Positions 61,013 through 64,000 of a stretch of 64,000 nucleotides of DNA are shown here, piece by piece; within the stretch, counting starts at the first letter, position 1; the number at the start of each line of letters is the position of its first letter. Source of the DNA: Octopus bimaculoides (taxonomy: Eukaryota); assembly GCF_001194135.2 (NCBI RefSeq), contig NC_068981.1:20878042-20942041 (forward strand), in the 5' to 3' direction. The translations under genes and the position numbers were made by a program. Below the pieces are notes generated by a model. The model searched no databases and was not told where the DNA came from. It was given only the letters and a program-made list of their open reading frames with translations.

Positions 61013-64000
61013 CTGCAATAAAAGTTAAAGATAAAATTTGTATTGAAAATCATATTAAGCAAACAAAAACATCATTTCACGACTGCTCAAATTTAAACCT
61101 TGTTAAAATACATGTCTATCTGAAATGTAGTTTCCAGACGACATCCACTAATGCTGGTATCAGGAAACAGAACTCTGGCAGTAATGTCATGGTATTTTGT
61201 AGTACAACCAATTTTATCACAAAACGATTAGATTTATAAATATTATCCTACATATTTCTCCGAACATTGTTTTAAAGTGTTGTTTGTTTTAAGGGACAAC
61301 TACTGTACACTATTGACAAGTTGTGTGAGTGAATGAAACTACAGGGTTAAATTTGGTCAATTTTTGAATATCTCAGTTATTTAACTCCAGGTTGTGCATA
61401 ATTACAATCAAAGGCATTCTAGCTGTGACCATCCTGTCTTTTTCTCATGAGCAAGGAACTCAGGATCACATTTTTCAACCTGTCCTTTTCTCAGATGAAG
61501 TGGTGTGATTCAAGGGAGATATGATTGTTATTTCTAGCAGATGAAATGACTATGTAAAGCACACTTCTAAAGAGGTACTGAAACGATGTGTTCATAAATG
61601 AATCTGCACAAAATTAATAGGACTATTACTATTAGTTGTCAACAGTAAAATTGTTCACTCCTGAGTATGCTTTCTTTCTACTGGCCAGTTTGAGTGTTCC
61701 GGTTGACAGCAACTACAACCCTTGGTAAGATTTCTACAGTTAGGTTTTGGAGGGACTGAAAAAACTCATCCTTCTCTTGATCTATTGCAATCTAGTCTCA
61801 CCTCGTCTGCTATTTATTTAACATCACCACCTTGGGTGCTTTTAGTAGAGTTCACTCAGTTGTAAGCATTCTGATCTGATTTTAGGCCGAGTAAGCCATA
61901 CTTTCTTCTTCCCTTTCCTCCTACCAATCCCAAGATGCCTTGCAAAGGTCATGGCTGATGGTCTTTCTCCTCAGAGTAAGCCAAAAGAGAAAAGGGGGAA
62001 AATATGTTATTACTAGTGGTAAGGCATCTTTTTTCCACAACTTTTTTTATGCATTACCTTATCTTTTCCATTATCTTTCCTGTTACATAATTCAGTCACT
62101 GGACTGTGGTTATGCTGGGCACCACCTTCAGTGTGAACAAAGTGACCCCAATACTTATTTCTTAAGCCTGGTTCCTTATCCTATCAGACTCTTTTGTTGA
62201 ACCACTGAATTATGGCAATGTAAACAAACCAACACTGGTTGACAAGCAGTGTGGGACACACACAAGACAATCTTCCAAACAGTTTCTGTCTACCAAATTC
62301 ACTCATAAGGCACTGGTAGGCTCAGGGTTATAACAGAAGGTGCCACACAGTGAGACAGAATCCCAAACCACATGGTTGCAAAGCGAGCTTCTTAAAACCA
62401 GCCATGCTTTATGCCTAGATAGTTTTCTAAATTTGGATGACTCTCCATTGAAAGACAAGTGTTAAATTTCTTATAATTTTTCTTGTTACACTCTTCCCCT
62501 ACCCAAATGACATTCAGAGTAAGTTTCTGGTGTTCAAGATGTCAGCAAAACATGTCCCTACAACAGGTTTTTACCTGGCTTTTGAACAAAAACATCAGAA
62601 GTAAAAAAACAAAGTGAATGAAAATATTATTGAAGAAAATACTTTTGGGAAAAAAAATGATATTTCCAGCAAATTTGAAGACACAATAACAAACAAAGCA
62701 TACATGTAAATCTCTTCCATGTCAAATAAAGAAAATAGCAAGTAAGCTAATAGTTTCAAATTTGCTTACAACTACAGGTAAATTTTTAAGCTGGTGCAGA
62801 CACTAAATACTTGGCAATGTTTTCTAAAACAAGCTAAGTATATCTACTTGACTTTTTAATTAAAAAAAAAAAAAAGAAGTTTTCCTCATACCCTTGAGGG
62901 AAGAATTACAGTTAGCTCTAGCTGACATGTGAGAAGAAATATTACATCCATAGAGCAAAGGTACAGCTAAGGCACAGGGTGTGCCAGTTTTTAAAATTTC
63001 CACAGCTCTTTAATGCATTACCATATCTTTTCTTTTAGCTTTCTTGTTACACATTTGAGTCACTGGACTGTAGCTATGCTTGAACATGAACAAATTGACT
63101 GCAGTACTTATTTCTTAAGCCTGGTACTTATATTGTCAGATTCTTTTACCCAACAGCTTGTATAAGTGGGGGGAATATTTGAGATAGGAGAGGTGGCTTT
63201 AAGGTGTTGAGAGGCTGCAGTATGACTGAGAGACAAGTGCAAGTGTCTTGCTATAGTAAAGATACATGGCTACCCAGAATTTTGTAAAGGTGGGTGGAAG
63301 TACCTGGGGTGACAAAATACAAGAAGGTGAGCATAAGAGGATACAATGGATTGGGGAATGAAGAAGAGAATATATATATGTGAGTGTGCATATACACCGA
63401 CATGCACCCCACTTATGTATTGCTACATTTCCCTTCCCACTGTTCCTACACTTTGCACATTAACTTCCTACCTTCTGATCTATCTTCACTCCTATATATC
63501 ATCATCATCGTTTAACATCCAGTCTCCATGCTGGTATGGATTGGATGGTCTGACACGGAGCAGGCTAGTAGGGAGCTGCCCAGACTCCAACTGTCTGTTG
63601 TGGCACGGTTTCTATTGGCTGGATGCCCTTCCTAAAGCCAACCACTTAACAGTGTGCTAGATGCTTTTTAAGTGGCACTGGCACCTGAAAAGACAATCTT
63701 GTATGTGAAAGACAACGATTTTACTTAGCTTGATATGTCTTATCAAGTACAGCAAATTGCCACATCTCCTGATCCCTTATTTCCTCTCTCACACACACAC
63801 ACACACAAACACAAGGTGCATGCATGTCTGTGTGGTTAAGGAATTTACTTTCCACCCATGTTTCAGGTGTCTTCTACTATTGTCCTAGGCCAACAAATGC
63901 TTTGTGAGTGAATTTAGTAGACAAACTGAGTGGAAACCTGTCATACAAGCGTTTATATGTGTTTGTGTGAGTGTCTTAGTGCATGATTCCCAACTGCTTG

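Noticed and set aside
61090-62620. Candidate RNP2-containing first exon of NCOA5 (e.g. ITARVLFPD, VIWVGEE frames)
   Set aside because: No start or acceptor plus phase-1 donor combination, and poor fit to RNP2.

Overview
AT-rich metazoan genomic DNA. The repeat content (tRNA-like SINEs, RTE 3' ends with (GAT)n tails, dense microsatellites) looks like an octopus/coleoid cephalopod genome; that species call is inference. Two convergent genes can be reconstructed exon by exon with consistent splice phases. KDSR (3-ketodihydrosphingosine reductase, + strand) has 9 coding exons at 5657-22552; its first exon was not found and probably lies upstream. NCOA5 (- strand) has 8 coding exons at 47842-61012, including half of an N-terminal RRM; its 5' exon(s) were not found. 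Between the two genes is an unexplained spliced-looking terminal exon (32969-33107, -) and a set of dead mariner/Tc1 and LINE elements. The most unusual structures are: (1) a 193-bp foldback element built from head-to-head telomere-type (TTAGGG)/(CCCTAA) arms (286-478); (2) inverted repeat pairs bracketing KDSR exon blocks, whose introns are all phase 0; (3) a 138-bp triplication; (4) a palindromic-core minisatellite. No rRNA, tRNA gene or CRISPR array is supported. N gaps lie at 5347-5356, 28829-29710 and 52711-52803.
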